The translations under genes were made by a program, and so were the position numbers. Under the pieces are notes generated by a model. The model saw only the letters and a program-made list of their open reading frames with translations. It was not told the DNA's origin and searched no databases. This document shows, in pieces, positions 32,812 to 42,990 of a stretch of DNA of 64,000 nucleotides (the first letter of the stretch is position 1; each line of letters begins with the position of its first letter). The stretch lies in NCBI RefSeq assembly GCF_002854065.1, contig NZ_CP024147.1. The stretch is one strand, 5' to 3'. This stretch comes from Escherichia coli (lineage in GTDB: Bacteria > Pseudomonadota > Gammaproteobacteria > Enterobacterales > Enterobacteriaceae).

Positions 32812-32912
32812 GATCACTCCTTTGCACTAAAACAGCAGAGTGCCAGAGAGCGCGTCCCTACTGCTTTGATCCAACGAAGGAAATGTTAAAGTTTTGGCAC
32901 TTGTCCAAAGCG

Positions 32913-33053
32913 TTATGTGATCGCGCCCAGGTCATCCCTGACAGTAAATCCCAGTTCATTAGAAATAGCCTGCGCGGTTTCACGCAGTGGTTTCAGGAGA
33001 TTTTTCTCCCCCACCTGTTTCAGACGTGATGTCGAAAGCGAAATCGACACGGC
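32913..33053 (-). pseudogene. yiaJ: 3'-terminal remnant (46 codons plus stop) of the IclR-family repressor gene yiaJ
   Basis: The minus-strand frame gives AVSISLSTSRLKQVGEKNLLKPLRETAQAISNELGFTVRDDLGAIT*, an IclR-type C-terminus matching YiaJ from memory. The homology stops 1 nt from the stop codon of the neighbouring AraC-type gene. Confidence 0.7.
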
Positions 33054-33054
33054 A

Positions 33055-33870
33055 CTACGAATTGATATGTTCCTTGCTGTAACGCCGCTTCCACGCTGCT
33101 GGCGTTAAACCGGTGTGTTTGCGAAAAATCTGCCGGAAATAGCCAACGTCATTAAACCCGCACAACGCCGCCACTTCCGTGAGCGATCGCGCTTCGCTAA
33201 TTAACAGCTTTTCGGCTTCGCGCACCCGCTGGCGATGGATTGCTTCTGTTAACGTCAGATGAAACACCCGCCGGTAGACGCGCCCAAGATAATCGGCATT
33301 GCAGTACAGCTCGCGGGCCAGAAGCGCCGTAGAAAGCGGGCGATGATATTGCGTGCGGATCAGTTTCTGCGCTTTCCAGGCAAGGGTGGTGCCTGCGCCA
33401 TCGGCCTGTTCATCAAGACGCGCGTCACGGGTGAGCTGCTGCAAAATGAGCAGCACAATAAACTCCAGCGCCGGAGTGCGTTGATGCTTTTCCTGTTCGC
33501 TTAAGAACTGGCGAAACAGGGCCACCAGCGCCTGCGGATCGACAACCTTCGTTTGTTGCGGCACGCTAAGATGAGTAAGCCAGCGAGGGTCGTTGTCCGG
33601 CGCTTTAACCTCAAAATGCAGCCAGTAAAATTTGAGATCGGCGGGAAAATCCTCCACCCCAACATGTTGTCGGTTCGGCCAGAGTAATAAACTCTCTCCC
33701 GCATCGACCAGAAATATCCGTTCTTCTTCCTGAATCGTTAATCGACCTTTTTCGACAAAGATAATTTCCCATGACTCCAGCCGCCTTGCAGGATGCCTCC
33801 CTACGCCACGGGAAATAAATAATCCACCATTTTGCACTTTAATCGGTAACGTCATGGATAATTCGAGCAT
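33055..33870 (-). CDS. AraC-family transcriptional regulator (cupin-like sensor plus AraC HTH)
   Basis: 271-aa ORF. The C-terminus ...SLTEVAALCGFNDVGYFRQIFRKHTGLTPAAWKRR is a canonical AraC/XylS HTH. It is divergent from the transporter/hydrolase pair. Confidence 0.85.
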   Translation of the reverse strand: MLELSMTLPIKVQNGGLFISRGVGRHPARRLESWEIIFVEKGRLTIQEEERIFLVDAGESLLLWPNRQHVGVEDFPADLKFYWLHFEVKAPDNDPRWLTHLSVPQQTKVVDPQALVALFRQFLSEQEKHQRTPALEFIVLLILQQLTRDARLDEQADGAGTTLAWKAQKLIRTQYHRPLSTALLARELYCNADYLGRVYRRVFHLTLTEAIHRQRVREAEKLLISEARSLTEVAALCGFNDVGYFRQIFRKHTGLTPAAWKRRYSKEHINS

Positions 33871-34095
33871 TGATATGTAATTTCCCGCTTATTCATTAAT
33901 GATTAAACACATTACCTTTTGATTATTAATCAAAAACATTAATTTCACCTGATCTATTTCACACTTTTAAATTCAGGTCGGAATCGTCACCTTTTTTTAC
34001 TCTTTTCTCGCCTTGTTGATATTCCCGTTCACGGCAGAATTAATCAGGTCATTTCAATAAAACTAAAAATTGCTCCCTATTCACGAGGAATATCT
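33871..34095. promoter_or_regulatory. Divergent control region of the AraC / GPH-GH127 locus
   Basis: A 225-bp AT-rich spacer. It holds a perfect 7-1-7 palindrome TTGATTA-T-TAATCAA at 33919-33933. A CRP-like half-match CCTGA-N6-TCACA lies at 33948-33963. Confidence 0.4.
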
Positions 34096-35496
34096 ATGAC
34101 CTCTACACCGATTACTACCGCTGATATCGCTAAAGGTAAAATTGACGATGCGTTATCTGTACGGGAAAAAATAGGCTACGGCCTGGGTGACGCAGGCGGC
34201 ACCGTAATAACTTGCCTGATCATGAATTTTCTCACCTTTTTCTACACCGACGTTTTTGGATTAACTCCGGCGCTGGTTGGCACGCTGTTTATTGCACTGC
34301 GCGTGTTTGATGCCATCTCCGACCCGGTGATGGGCGTCATTGCCGACCGGACGCAAAGTCGCTGGGGGCGCTTTCGTCCGTGGCAGCTATGGATTGCCAT
34401 TCCCATCGGCATTATCGGCATCCTGACGTTCACCGTGCCAGATGCCAGCATGGGAGTAAAAATCGCCTGGGCGTTCGGTACTTACCTGCTCCTTTCAGTC
34501 GGTTATACCGCCATCAACGTACCGTACTGCGCGCTGATCAACACCATGACCACCCGCCACAATGAAGTGATCTCCTGCCAGTCCTGGCGATTCGTTCTCT
34601 GTGGCGTAGCGGGATTTCTGGTTTCGGTAGGCTTACCGTGGATGGTAGATCTCTTCGGTCAGGGTAATGCCGCGCGCGGCTATCAATTGGGCGTCGGCGT
34701 GCTGTGCGCCATTGCCGTGGTGATGTTCCTGTGCTGTTTTTTCTGGGTTCGTGAACGGGTGCCACTCTCCACAATGGGGAAATTTACCCTGCGCGAACAT
34801 CTTGCCGGGCTGCGGAACAACGACCAACTGCTGCTGATGCTGGTCATGTCTTTCCTGCTGATTAACGTCTTTAACATTCGCGGCGGTGGGTATATGTACT
34901 TCATTACCTACGTCTTACAAGGCAGTACGGGCTACACGTCGCTGTTCTTCACCATGGTCACCTTCGCCTCCATTATCGGCTCGGTGATTGTCAGCCCGTT
35001 AACGCGGCGTTTCGATACCGTCAAAATTTACTACTACACCAACCTGCTCCTCGCTGCGCTGGCAGTGTTGATGTGGTTCCTGCCCTCCGGCCCGGCTTAT
35101 CAAACGCTGTGGCTGGCGGTGATCCTCGGTAATGGCGTAATTCTTGGCTTCACATTGCCACTGCACTTCTCATTGATGGCCTTTGCCGATGACTACGGCG
35201 AGTGGAAAACCCGCGTACGTTCTTCCGGCATGAACTTCGCCTTCAATCTGTTTTTCATCAAGCTGGCCTGGGCCTCCAGCGCCGGGATCATCAGCCTGCT
35301 GTTTATTTTTGTCGCCTACCAGCCTGGCGTGGAAAACCAGACCGCCAGTTCGCTTGGCGGGATCGCGGCGATGGAAACATTACTGCCTGCGCTATTCCAC
35401 CTGCTGCTGGCAGGGGCGATCCGCTTTTGCAAACTCAATCATCCTATGATGTCACGCATAGCTACCGACCTGCGTCAGCGTCATGTACAGCCTTAA
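34096..35496 (+). CDS. Glycoside-pentoside-hexuronide (GPH):cation symporter family transporter
   Basis: 466-aa polytopic ORF behind GAGGA. N-terminal [33 protein letters not shown] and [21 protein letters not shown] are MelB/YicJ-type GPH signatures. Confidence 0.85.
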   Translation: MTSTPITTADIAKGKIDDALSVREKIGYGLGDAGGTVITCLIMNFLTFFYTDVFGLTPALVGTLFIALRVFDAISDPVMGVIADRTQSRWGRFRPWQLWIAIPIGIIGILTFTVPDASMGVKIAWAFGTYLLLSVGYTAINVPYCALINTMTTRHNEVISCQSWRFVLCGVAGFLVSVGLPWMVDLFGQGNAARGYQLGVGVLCAIAVVMFLCCFFWVRERVPLSTMGKFTLREHLAGLRNNDQLLLMLVMSFLLINVFNIRGGGYMYFITYVLQGSTGYTSLFFTMVTFASIIGSVIVSPLTRRFDTVKIYYYTNLLLAALAVLMWFLPSGPAYQTLWLAVILGNGVILGFTLPLHFSLMAFADDYGEWKTRVRSSGMNFAFNLFFIKLAWASSAGIISLLFIFVAYQPGVENQTASSLGGIAAMETLLPALFHLLLAGAIRFCKLNHPMMSRIATDLRQRHVQP

Positions 35497-35506
35497 GGAG
35501 CACAAG

Positions 35507-37477
35507 ATGAACATTTCGGAAGTCGATCTGCATAAACTGACGGTCAGCGATCCGTTCCTCGGTCAGTACCAACAACTGGTCCGCGACGTGGTGATTCCTT
35601 ATCAGTGGGATGCTTTGAACGATCGTATCCCAGAAGCGGAACCCAGCCATGCGATTGAAAACTTTCGCATTGCCGCCGGACTTCAGGAGGGTGAATTTTA
35701 CGGGATGGTGTTTCAGGACAGCGACGTCGCCAAATGGCTGGAAGCAGTAGCCTGGTCGCTGTGCCAGAAGCCGGACGCCGAACTGGAAAAAACCGCCGAC
35801 GAGGTGATTGAACTGGTCGCCTCCGCCCAGTGCGAAGACGGCTATCTCAATACTTACTTTACGGTAAAAGCACCCGAAGAACGCTGGAGCAATCTGGCGG
35901 AGTGTCATGAACTTTACTGCGCAGGTCATCTGATTGAAGCCGGAGTCGCCTTCTTCCAGGCCACGGGAAAACGGCGCTTGCTGGGGGTCGTTTGCCGCCT
36001 GGCCGATCATATCGACAGCGTATTTGGTCCAGATGAAAGTAAGTTACACGGTTATCCTGGTCACCCGGAAATTGAACTGGCACTAATGCGCCTGTATGAA
36101 GTGACTGAAGAGCCGCGCTACCTGGCGCTGACGAACTATTTTGTCGAACAGCGTGGTGCGCAACCGCACTATTACGACCAGGAATATGAAAAGCGCGGGC
36201 AGACATCGCACTGGCACACCTACGGCCCGGCATGGATGGTGAAAGACAAAGCCTACAGCCAGGCACATTTGCCCCTTGCGCAACAGCAAACCGCCATCGG
36301 TCACGCGGTACGTTTTGTCTATCTGATGACCGGCGTCGCGCATCTCGCGCGTTTAAGTCACGATGACAGCAAGCGTCAGGACTGCCTGCGGCTGTGGAAC
36401 AATATGGCCCAGCGTCAGTTATATATTACCGGCGGCATTGGCTCGCAAAGCAGCGGCGAAGCGTTCACTAGCGATTACGATCTGCCGAATGACACGGTAT
36501 ACGCTGAAAGTTGCGCCTCCATCGGCCTGATGATGTTTGCCCGACGAATGCTGGAAATGGAAGGCGACAGTCAATATGCCGATGTGATGGAGCGCGCACT
36601 GTACAACACCGTGCTCGGCGGCATGGCGCTGGATGGCAAACATTTCTTCTATGTGAATCCGCTGGAAGTACATCCAAAATCGCTGAAATTCAACCATATC
36701 TACGATCACGTTAAACCGATCCGCCAGCGTTGGTTTGGCTGCGCTTGTTGTCCGCCAAATATCGCCCGCGTGCTGACCTCGATTGGTCATTATCTCTACA
36801 CGCCGCGTGAAGATGCGTTGTATATCAACATATACGCAGGAAACAGCATGGAAGTGCCGGTAGAAAATGGCACGCTGCGCCTGCGGGTTAGCGGGAACTA
36901 TCCGTGGCAGGAGCAGGTGACGATTGCGGTTGAATCGCCCCAGCCGGTACGTCATACGCTGGCTTTACGTCTGCCGGACTGGTGCACACAGCCGCAGATC
37001 ATATTGAATGGGGAAGAGGTCGAGCAGGATATTCGTAAAGGGTATTTGCACATTACCCGCGAATGGCAGGAGGGCGATACGCTGAATCTGACTTTGCCGA
37101 TGCCGGTACGCCGCGTTTACGGTAACCCGCTGGTGCGTCACGTCGCCGGAAAAGTGGCGATTCAGCGCGGCCCGCTGGTGTATTGCCTGGAACAGGCCGA
37201 CAACGGCGAGTCACTGCATAATCTGTGGCTGCCCACCGATGCGCCATTTACGACATTTGAAGGCAAGGGATTGTTTAGCCATAAGATCTTAATCCAGGCA
37301 CCGGGTTACCGGTATGAACAGAGCAATCCAGAGCAGCAACCGCTGTGGCATTACGACAGCGCGCCAGCCAAACGCCAGACGCAAACTCTGACCTTTATCC
37401 CATGGTTTAGCTGGGCCAACCGGGGTGAAGGCGAAATGCGGATCTGGGTGAATGAGGAAAAGCATTGCCATCCGTAG
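35507..37477 (+). CDS. Glycoside hydrolase family 127 (DUF1680; beta-L-arabinofuranosidase-like), cytoplasmic
   Basis: The start was chosen at ATG 35507, which lies 6 nt after AAGGAG. 656 aa with no signal peptide. Numbered from 35507, E318 (GEAF), E334/C336 (YAESCAS) and C414-C415 (WFGCACCPPN) sit at near-identical positions to the acid/base and Zn/Cys nucleophile residues I recall for HypBA1. Confidence 0.85.
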   Translation: MNISEVDLHKLTVSDPFLGQYQQLVRDVVIPYQWDALNDRIPEAEPSHAIENFRIAAGLQEGEFYGMVFQDSDVAKWLEAVAWSLCQKPDAELEKTADEVIELVASAQCEDGYLNTYFTVKAPEERWSNLAECHELYCAGHLIEAGVAFFQATGKRRLLGVVCRLADHIDSVFGPDESKLHGYPGHPEIELALMRLYEVTEEPRYLALTNYFVEQRGAQPHYYDQEYEKRGQTSHWHTYGPAWMVKDKAYSQAHLPLAQQQTAIGHAVRFVYLMTGVAHLARLSHDDSKRQDCLRLWNNMAQRQLYITGGIGSQSSGEAFTSDYDLPNDTVYAESCASIGLMMFARRMLEMEGDSQYADVMERALYNTVLGGMALDGKHFFYVNPLEVHPKSLKFNHIYDHVKPIRQRWFGCACCPPNIARVLTSIGHYLYTPREDALYINIYAGNSMEVPVENGTLRLRVSGNYPWQEQVTIAVESPQPVRHTLALRLPDWCTQPQIILNGEEVEQDIRKGYLHITREWQEGDTLNLTLPMPVRRVYGNPLVRHVAGKVAIQRGPLVYCLEQADNGESLHNLWLPTDAPFTTFEGKGLFSHKILIQAPGYRYEQSNPEQQPLWHYDSAPAKRQTQTLTFIPWFSWANRGEGEMRIWVNEEKHCHP

Positions 37478-37478
37478 G

Positions 37479-37593
37479 TTGGATAAGGCACTCGCGCCGC
37501 ATCCAACGTAAGGAGCACATTGCCTGATGCGACGCTTAACACGTCTTATCAGGCATACAAGTCGGTGCGAGAGCGTAGGCCAGCCGCACCGAC
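37479..37593. repeat. Cluster of three REP units
   Basis: GTTGGATAAGGCACTCGCGCCGCATCCAAC, TGCCTGATGCGACGCTTAACACGTCTTATCAGGCA and GTCGGTGCGAGAGCGTAGGCCAGCCGCACCGAC. Confidence 0.85.
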
Positions 37594-37606
37594 ATCCACC
37601 GGTGAA

Positions 37607-38347
37607 TTAAAAACGCCAGCTCACGCCGGTGACAAAGGTAAAACTCTCATTACGATCAATCATCGGGCTGTCGGTAATCTCTTCCGGCAGCTCGCTGTAT
37701 CCGGCGCTCGCCATCAATACGACGTGCTCTCCTATCGGGTATTTTGCCGTCAGGCTGACATAGGGCACCCAGGCATCCTGCGCGGAATAACTTGCCAGAC
37801 CGCTACGACGGGACTCACTCTCTGAAATGCCATAGTAATAGTCACTGAAATTCTCGTCATAATAGAGAACGCCCAGCGCAGGTGTCAGCGACAGACGACC
37901 TATCTGCATTTTGTGGAATACCGATAGCTCCCCCACCCAGCCGTTGCTGTTATCCAGAACGTCCGCAGCTGCAGAGGCTTTCACGGTTCCCCAACGCTCG
38001 TGGTGATACCAGGCAACCCCCGCCATAGCCGTACTATCACGCTTATCAAGCTGTTGCATGGCATAATCGTCATTATCGGCAGGGTCAAATTCCAGCGGCA
38101 TCCAGGATGCGGTCAGGCTAAGTTCATTTTTTTCACTTTGCGACAGAATAAAACCTAACGTGGTCTGACGAACATAAAAAGAATCACCTTCATAACTAAT
38201 CAGGGGAATTGCCTTTGTATTTTCATTATAACCGCGATAAGGCGATTCATTATAAGCCGCACCAGCACCAATGGATAATTCAGAAGCAGTTGCGCTTGCC
38301 ATAAAAGGCAACGCAAATAACGCCACAATATTGCGGTTAATTAACAT
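37607..38347 (-). CDS. yiaT: MipA/OmpV-family outer-membrane protein YiaT
   Basis: 246-aa ORF with signal peptide MLINRNIVALFALPFMASA and a C-terminal ...FVTGVSWRF. Confidence 0.9.
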   Translation of the reverse strand: MLINRNIVALFALPFMASATASELSIGAGAAYNESPYRGYNENTKAIPLISYEGDSFYVRQTTLGFILSQSEKNELSLTASWMPLEFDPADNDDYAMQQLDKRDSTAMAGVAWYHHERWGTVKASAAADVLDNSNGWVGELSVFHKMQIGRLSLTPALGVLYYDENFSDYYYGISESESRRSGLASYSAQDAWVPYVSLTAKYPIGEHVVLMASAGYSELPEEITDSPMIDRNESFTFVTGVSWRF

Positions 38348-38445
38348 GTCCGGTATTCCATTTTAAAATAAGATAAAAAAGAGTCGGCATAGTAATGCTT
38401 ACAATTTCTCCGGTGCAAGATTCATATTTATATAGTAATATATAA

Positions 38446-38459
38446 AATTATATATAATT
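38446..38459. promoter_or_regulatory. Perfect 14-bp palindrome in the yiaT-yiaU divergent region (candidate LysR operator)
   Basis: AATTATATATAATT, ending 11 nt upstream of the yiaU ATG. The AT-rich context makes a chance occurrence possible. Confidence 0.3.
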
Positions 38460-38470
38460 GGGCTGTTGCG

Positions 38471-39445
38471 ATGACAAAATTACAACTTAAGTACCGGGAG
38501 TTAAAAATTATCTCGGTAATCGCTGCCAGTGAAAATATCAGCCATGCTGCGACTGTACTTGGCATCGCACAGGCCAACGTCAGCAAATACCTTGCTGATT
38601 TTGAATCAAAAGTGGGTTTAAAAGTCTTTGACCGAACCACCCGGCAGCTGATGCTCACACCTTTTGGTACCGCGCTGTTACCGTACATCAACGACATGCT
38701 GGACAGAAACGAGCAGCTTAATAATTTTATTGCAGATTATAAGCATGAGAAACGTGGTCGGGTCACCATCTACGCCCCAACCGGCATAATTACCTATTTA
38801 TCCAAACATGTAATCGATAAAATTAAAGATATCGGTGATATAACCTTATCGCTAAAAACCTGCAATCTTGAGCGTAATGCCTTTTATGAAGGCGTCGAAT
38901 TTCCTGATGATTGTGATGTTTTAATCAGCTACGCTCCACCAAAAGATGAATCGCTGGTTGCCAGTTTTATTACACAATATGCCGTAACCGCTTATGCCAG
39001 CCAGCGCTATCTTGAGAAACATCCTATTAGCCGTCCTGACGAACTCGAACATCACTCCTGTATTTTGATCGACTCGATGATGATCGACGACGCGAATATC
39101 TGGCGCTTCAACGTCGCCGGGAGTAAAGAGGTGCGGGATTATCGCGTGAAGGGAAATTACGTTTGCGACAACACGCAATCTGCGCTGGAGCTGGCACGAA
39201 ATCACCTGGGGATTGTGTTTGCGCCAGACAAAAGTGTGCAGAGAGATCTGCAAGACGGCACGCTGGTGCCCTGCTTTCAGCACCCGTATGAATGGTGGCT
39301 GGATCTGGTGGCTATCTTCCGTAAACGGGAATACCAGCCCTGGCGGGTCCAGTATGTGCTGGATGAAATGCTGCGTGAAATTCGCCACCAGCTTGCTCAG
39401 TCGCAGCAACTGCGGCCTGAACAAGCGGCGGAAAGCGAAGATTAA
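38471..39445 (+). CDS. yiaU: LysR-family transcriptional regulator YiaU
   Basis: 324-aa ORF with the N-terminal HTH ...[23 protein letters not shown].... Confidence 0.9.
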   Translation: MTKLQLKYRELKIISVIAASENISHAATVLGIAQANVSKYLADFESKVGLKVFDRTTRQLMLTPFGTALLPYINDMLDRNEQLNNFIADYKHEKRGRVTIYAPTGIITYLSKHVIDKIKDIGDITLSLKTCNLERNAFYEGVEFPDDCDVLISYAPPKDESLVASFITQYAVTAYASQRYLEKHPISRPDELEHHSCILIDSMMIDDANIWRFNVAGSKEVRDYRVKGNYVCDNTQSALELARNHLGIVFAPDKSVQRDLQDGTLVPCFQHPYEWWLDLVAIFRKREYQPWRVQYVLDEMLREIRHQLAQSQQLRPEQAAESED

Positions 39446-40578
39446 TGATCGAGATAAAGGTAATGCACCCAGCTGGTCATGCGTAATAACACTTTGCGCA
39501 TCACCGAGACATGGCTGAAATGATCAGAGTAGACCGCCACCTGGGCGTAAATACCGTCTGGTAAAGCGCTCAAATCAGTGTGCTCATTCAGTTCAATGGT
39601 CGCGATAACGCCATCTGAACCCGGCGCTGTGTTTAACGTCTGTAAGGTGCCGGTCGACTGATAAGCTCCGCCGGGAACGGCTGGACTAATGGCTGCCAGC
39701 TTACCGCTGAATACCTTACCTGGCAGAGCATTAAACACCACTTCCGCATCGTCGCCAGGGGCCAGTCGCAGCAAGGAGTTCTGACGGAACTGCGCCACAA
39801 TTTGTCGTTTCTGATCGGGTATAAACACCATCACCGGACGTAGCGGCAGCGACGCGGCATAGGTACCCGGACGAATCAGTACCTGGGTCACATAACCATC
39901 GCTCGGCGCACGCACTATCGTCTGCTCAAGGTTATATTTTGCTTCCGCGAGCTGCGCTTTCAGGCTGGCGATTTGAGAATGTTCACCCAACACCAGGCTA
40001 TCCAGCTGGCTCTGGATCTGTTTTTGTTCCGCCGCCGATGACTTCACGGAGGCTTCCTGCGCCAGATAATTTTGCCGCGCCACATCGATATCGCGTTCTG
40101 AAAACGGGTTTACTTTCGCCTGGCTGCCGCGTGCGTAACGCTGATACTCTTTAGCGAATTTATCCCGCGTGGCCTTTGCCTGCTGAGTATTCGCCGCCAT
40201 CTCATCTAACTCTGCGCCCAACGCCCGCTGTTTATGTTCTGCGGTAACGATATCCGCCATCAGCCGATCCACCTGCGCCTGATAACGCGTCGGGTCCAGT
40301 CGAAATAGCACCTCACCTTTTTTAATTAGCGTATTTTTCTTGTCCGTCACTTCGATCACCACGCCTGTCACCTGCGGGACAACAGGAATAGAAATAACCG
40401 CTTTTTGCGCTTTAAAGGTATACGGATGGTTATAGTTCATTAACAGAATTAAACCGCTGACAATAAATATTCCACCCAGGGCCGCGGTGGGAATGGTCCA
40501 TTTATTTACAGGAATTTTGAAGATCTTAAACATTGCCCATGCGAAAGCCACATAGGTCAAAATAATCAGTAAATCCAT
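39442..40578 (-). CDS. yiaV: HlyD-family membrane-fusion-like protein YiaV
   Basis: 378 aa with N-terminal hydrophobic segments, a long coiled-coil ([37 protein letters not shown]...) and a beta-barrel region. Recognised as YiaV. Confidence 0.9.
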   Translation of the reverse strand: MDLLIILTYVAFAWAMFKIFKIPVNKWTIPTAALGGIFIVSGLILLMNYNHPYTFKAQKAVISIPVVPQVTGVVIEVTDKKNTLIKKGEVLFRLDPTRYQAQVDRLMADIVTAEHKQRALGAELDEMAANTQQAKATRDKFAKEYQRYARGSQAKVNPFSERDIDVARQNYLAQEASVKSSAAEQKQIQSQLDSLVLGEHSQIASLKAQLAEAKYNLEQTIVRAPSDGYVTQVLIRPGTYAASLPLRPVMVFIPDQKRQIVAQFRQNSLLRLAPGDDAEVVFNALPGKVFSGKLAAISPAVPGGAYQSTGTLQTLNTAPGSDGVIATIELNEHTDLSALPDGIYAQVAVYSDHFSHVSVMRKVLLRMTSWVHYLYLDH

Positions 40579-40583
40579 AAGTA

Positions 40584-40907
40584 TTACTCGGCAGAAGAGG
40601 ATTTGATGTCAGCGAGCTGTTTCTCCAGCCCAGCAATACGCTGTTGTAGTTGCACAACGGAGGAGTCATGGTTTTGCATTCCCCATCCCCGCTCCGGGCG
40701 GTAAAGCGTGGCCCAAATCCACAAAAATGGCCAGATAACATGCAGCGTAAAAAGACTCACCCAACCAGCAACATGAATGGCGTCGGCATGAGGATGATTA
40801 CGTTTTTTAGCAATCAGGTAGGGAATATCATGTAAAATAATAATCCCATAGAATATCACCAGAAATACAAAAATAAGCACTCCCAGTGCAAAATAGTCCA
40901 GGAACAT
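40584..40907 (-). CDS. yiaW: Small inner-membrane protein YiaW (DUF3302)
   Basis: [45 protein letters not shown]..., 107 aa. It ends 5 nt upstream of the yiaV start. Start trimmed to 40907. Confidence 0.88.
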   Translation of the reverse strand: MFLDYFALGVLIFVFLVIFYGIIILHDIPYLIAKKRNHPHADAIHVAGWVSLFTLHVIWPFLWIWATLYRPERGWGMQNHDSSVVQLQQRIAGLEKQLADIKSSSAE

Positions 40908-41337
40908 ATTTCCCTCAGAGAATATAAAAAAGAACAATTAACACATATTATGAAATGCCATGATGCAGTGCAATTTCCTTATTTATATAACGACATATTA
41001 TTTTTTATATACTTTCTGAAGTGTGCTGCGTGGCTTTTCAACAGGTCGAGGTTTATCATATTGAAATAATGGAACTATTGGCCAAATTTATGATTAAAAA
41101 CCGTAAAACATCCACAATGCAGATTAAGCGTATTAAACCTTCAATAATCTACCGTTTATTGCTGATTGTCCTCGGAATACCAATGGTGATTTACGGTCTG
41201 GTTTGCCCGCTCACCATCGAAACGCGAGATTAAACTCCTGGCAAAACACACCCCAGAAACGCACTTTTGTTGGCGTAGTCTGGGTTATTGCACACGTAGG
41301 TTTAAAACGTAAATTGTAACAACGTGCGCTTTGTTTA

Positions 41338-41421
41338 TGCCGGATGCGGCGTGTACGCCTTATCCGGCCTACGGTCAGGTCCCCGTAGGCATGATAAGAC
41401 GCGTAAGCGTCGCATCAGGCA
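41338..41421. repeat. BIME (two REP units) downstream of aldB
   Basis: TGCCGGATGCGGCGTGTACGCCTTATCCGGCCTAC ... GTAGGCATGATAAGACGCGTAAGCGTCGCATCAGGCA. Confidence 0.88.
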
Positions 41422-41451
41422 ATTAATACCCGATGCGACCAGCTTCTTACA

Positions 41452-42990
41452 TCAGAACAGCCCCAACGGTTTATCTGAGTAGCTCACCAGCAGGCACTTG
41501 GTTTGCTGGTAATGCTCCAGCATCATCTTGTGGGTTTCGCGTCCAATGCCTGATTGTTTGTAGCCGCCAAACGCCGCATGTGCCGGGTAAGCGTGATAAC
41601 AGTTGGTCCACACGCGCCCGGCCTGAATGCCGCGCCCCATCTTATAGGCCAGATTACCGTTGCGGCTCCAGACGCCTGCGCCCAGGCCATATTGCGTATC
41701 GTTCGCCAGCTCCAGCGCTTCTTCCATCGTTTTGAAGGTGGTCACCGCCAGCACCGGGCCAAAAATCTCTTCCTGGAACACCCGCATATTGTTCTGACCA
41801 AACAGAATCGTCGGTTCAAGGTAGTAGCCGTCTTTCAGTTCGCCTTCCAGCAGCTTGCGCCGCCCGCCGGTGAGCACGTCTGCGCCCTCTTTTTTACCGA
41901 TATCAATGTAGTTGAGGATGGTTTCCAGTTGCCCGTGAGAAACCTGCGCACCCATTTGCGTCACGCTGTCGAGTGGGTTACCGCTGCGAATGCTTTCGAC
42001 ACGGCGGATGGCGCGTTCCATAAAGCGTTCGTAGATTGACTCCTGCACTAAGGCACGACTCGGACAGGTGCAAACTTCGCCCTGGTTAAAGGCAAACAGT
42101 GCAAAGCCTTCCAGCGCTTTATCGAAAAAGGCATCTTCTTCATCCATCACATCAGCAAAGAAGATATTTGGCGACTTACCGCCCAACTCCAGCGTCACCG
42201 GAATAATGTTTTGCGTTGCGTATTGCATAATTTGTTGGCCCACTTCCGTTGAGCCGGTAAACGCCACTTTGGCGATGCGTTTCGAGGTCGCCAGATATTC
42301 GCCAATTTCCCCACCTGCGCCATTGACCACGTTCACCACGCCCGGCGGCAGTAAATCACCGACAATTTCCATTAGCAGCAGTACAGAAAGCGGGGTAAGA
42401 CGTGCGGGTTTCAGCACCACACAGTTGCCCGCCGCCAGCGCGGGAGCCATTTTCCAGCTCGCCATCAGCAGCGGGAAGTTCCACGGGATAATCTGCCCCA
42501 CCACGCCTAACGGTTCATGGAAATGATAGGCCACGGTTTCGCTATCAACTTCACTGATCCCACCTTCCTGCGCCCGAATACACGAGGCGAAATAGCGGAA
42601 ATGGTCAATCGCCAGCGGTACATCCGCAGCACTGGTTTCGCGAATGGGTTTGCCGTTATCCCAGGTTTCAGCTGTCGCTAACAGCTCGAGGTTTTGTTCC
42701 ATTCGATCGGCAATCTTAAACAGAATCGCCGCGCGATCCTGCACCGAGGTGTGCGCCCATTTATCTTTCACTTTGTGCGCAGCATCCAGCGCCAGATCGA
42801 TGTCTCGTTTGCCCGAAGACGCCACTTCGCACAGCAGCTGCCCGGTCACCGGCGTCAGGTTCTGGTAATACTCACCATCGGCAGGGGCTACCCATTCGCC
42901 GCCAATAAAGTTGTCATAGCGGTTTTTTAACTTGAGGGGGAAACCATACTCGCCGGGCTTAATCTGTGCTGAAGGGGGATTATTGGTCAT
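41452..42990 (-). CDS. aldB: Aldehyde dehydrogenase B
   Basis: [36 protein letters not shown]..., 512 aa, with ALDH motifs (ELGGKSP, catalytic Cys in GEVCTCPSR). Start trimmed to 42990. Confidence 0.95.
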   Translation of the reverse strand: MTNNPPSAQIKPGEYGFPLKLKNRYDNFIGGEWVAPADGEYYQNLTPVTGQLLCEVASSGKRDIDLALDAAHKVKDKWAHTSVQDRAAILFKIADRMEQNLELLATAETWDNGKPIRETSAADVPLAIDHFRYFASCIRAQEGGISEVDSETVAYHFHEPLGVVGQIIPWNFPLLMASWKMAPALAAGNCVVLKPARLTPLSVLLLMEIVGDLLPPGVVNVVNGAGGEIGEYLATSKRIAKVAFTGSTEVGQQIMQYATQNIIPVTLELGGKSPNIFFADVMDEEDAFFDKALEGFALFAFNQGEVCTCPSRALVQESIYERFMERAIRRVESIRSGNPLDSVTQMGAQVSHGQLETILNYIDIGKKEGADVLTGGRRKLLEGELKDGYYLEPTILFGQNNMRVFQEEIFGPVLAVTTFKTMEEALELANDTQYGLGAGVWSRNGNLAYKMGRGIQAGRVWTNCYHAYPAHAAFGGYKQSGIGRETHKMMLEHYQQTKCLLVSYSDKPLGLF

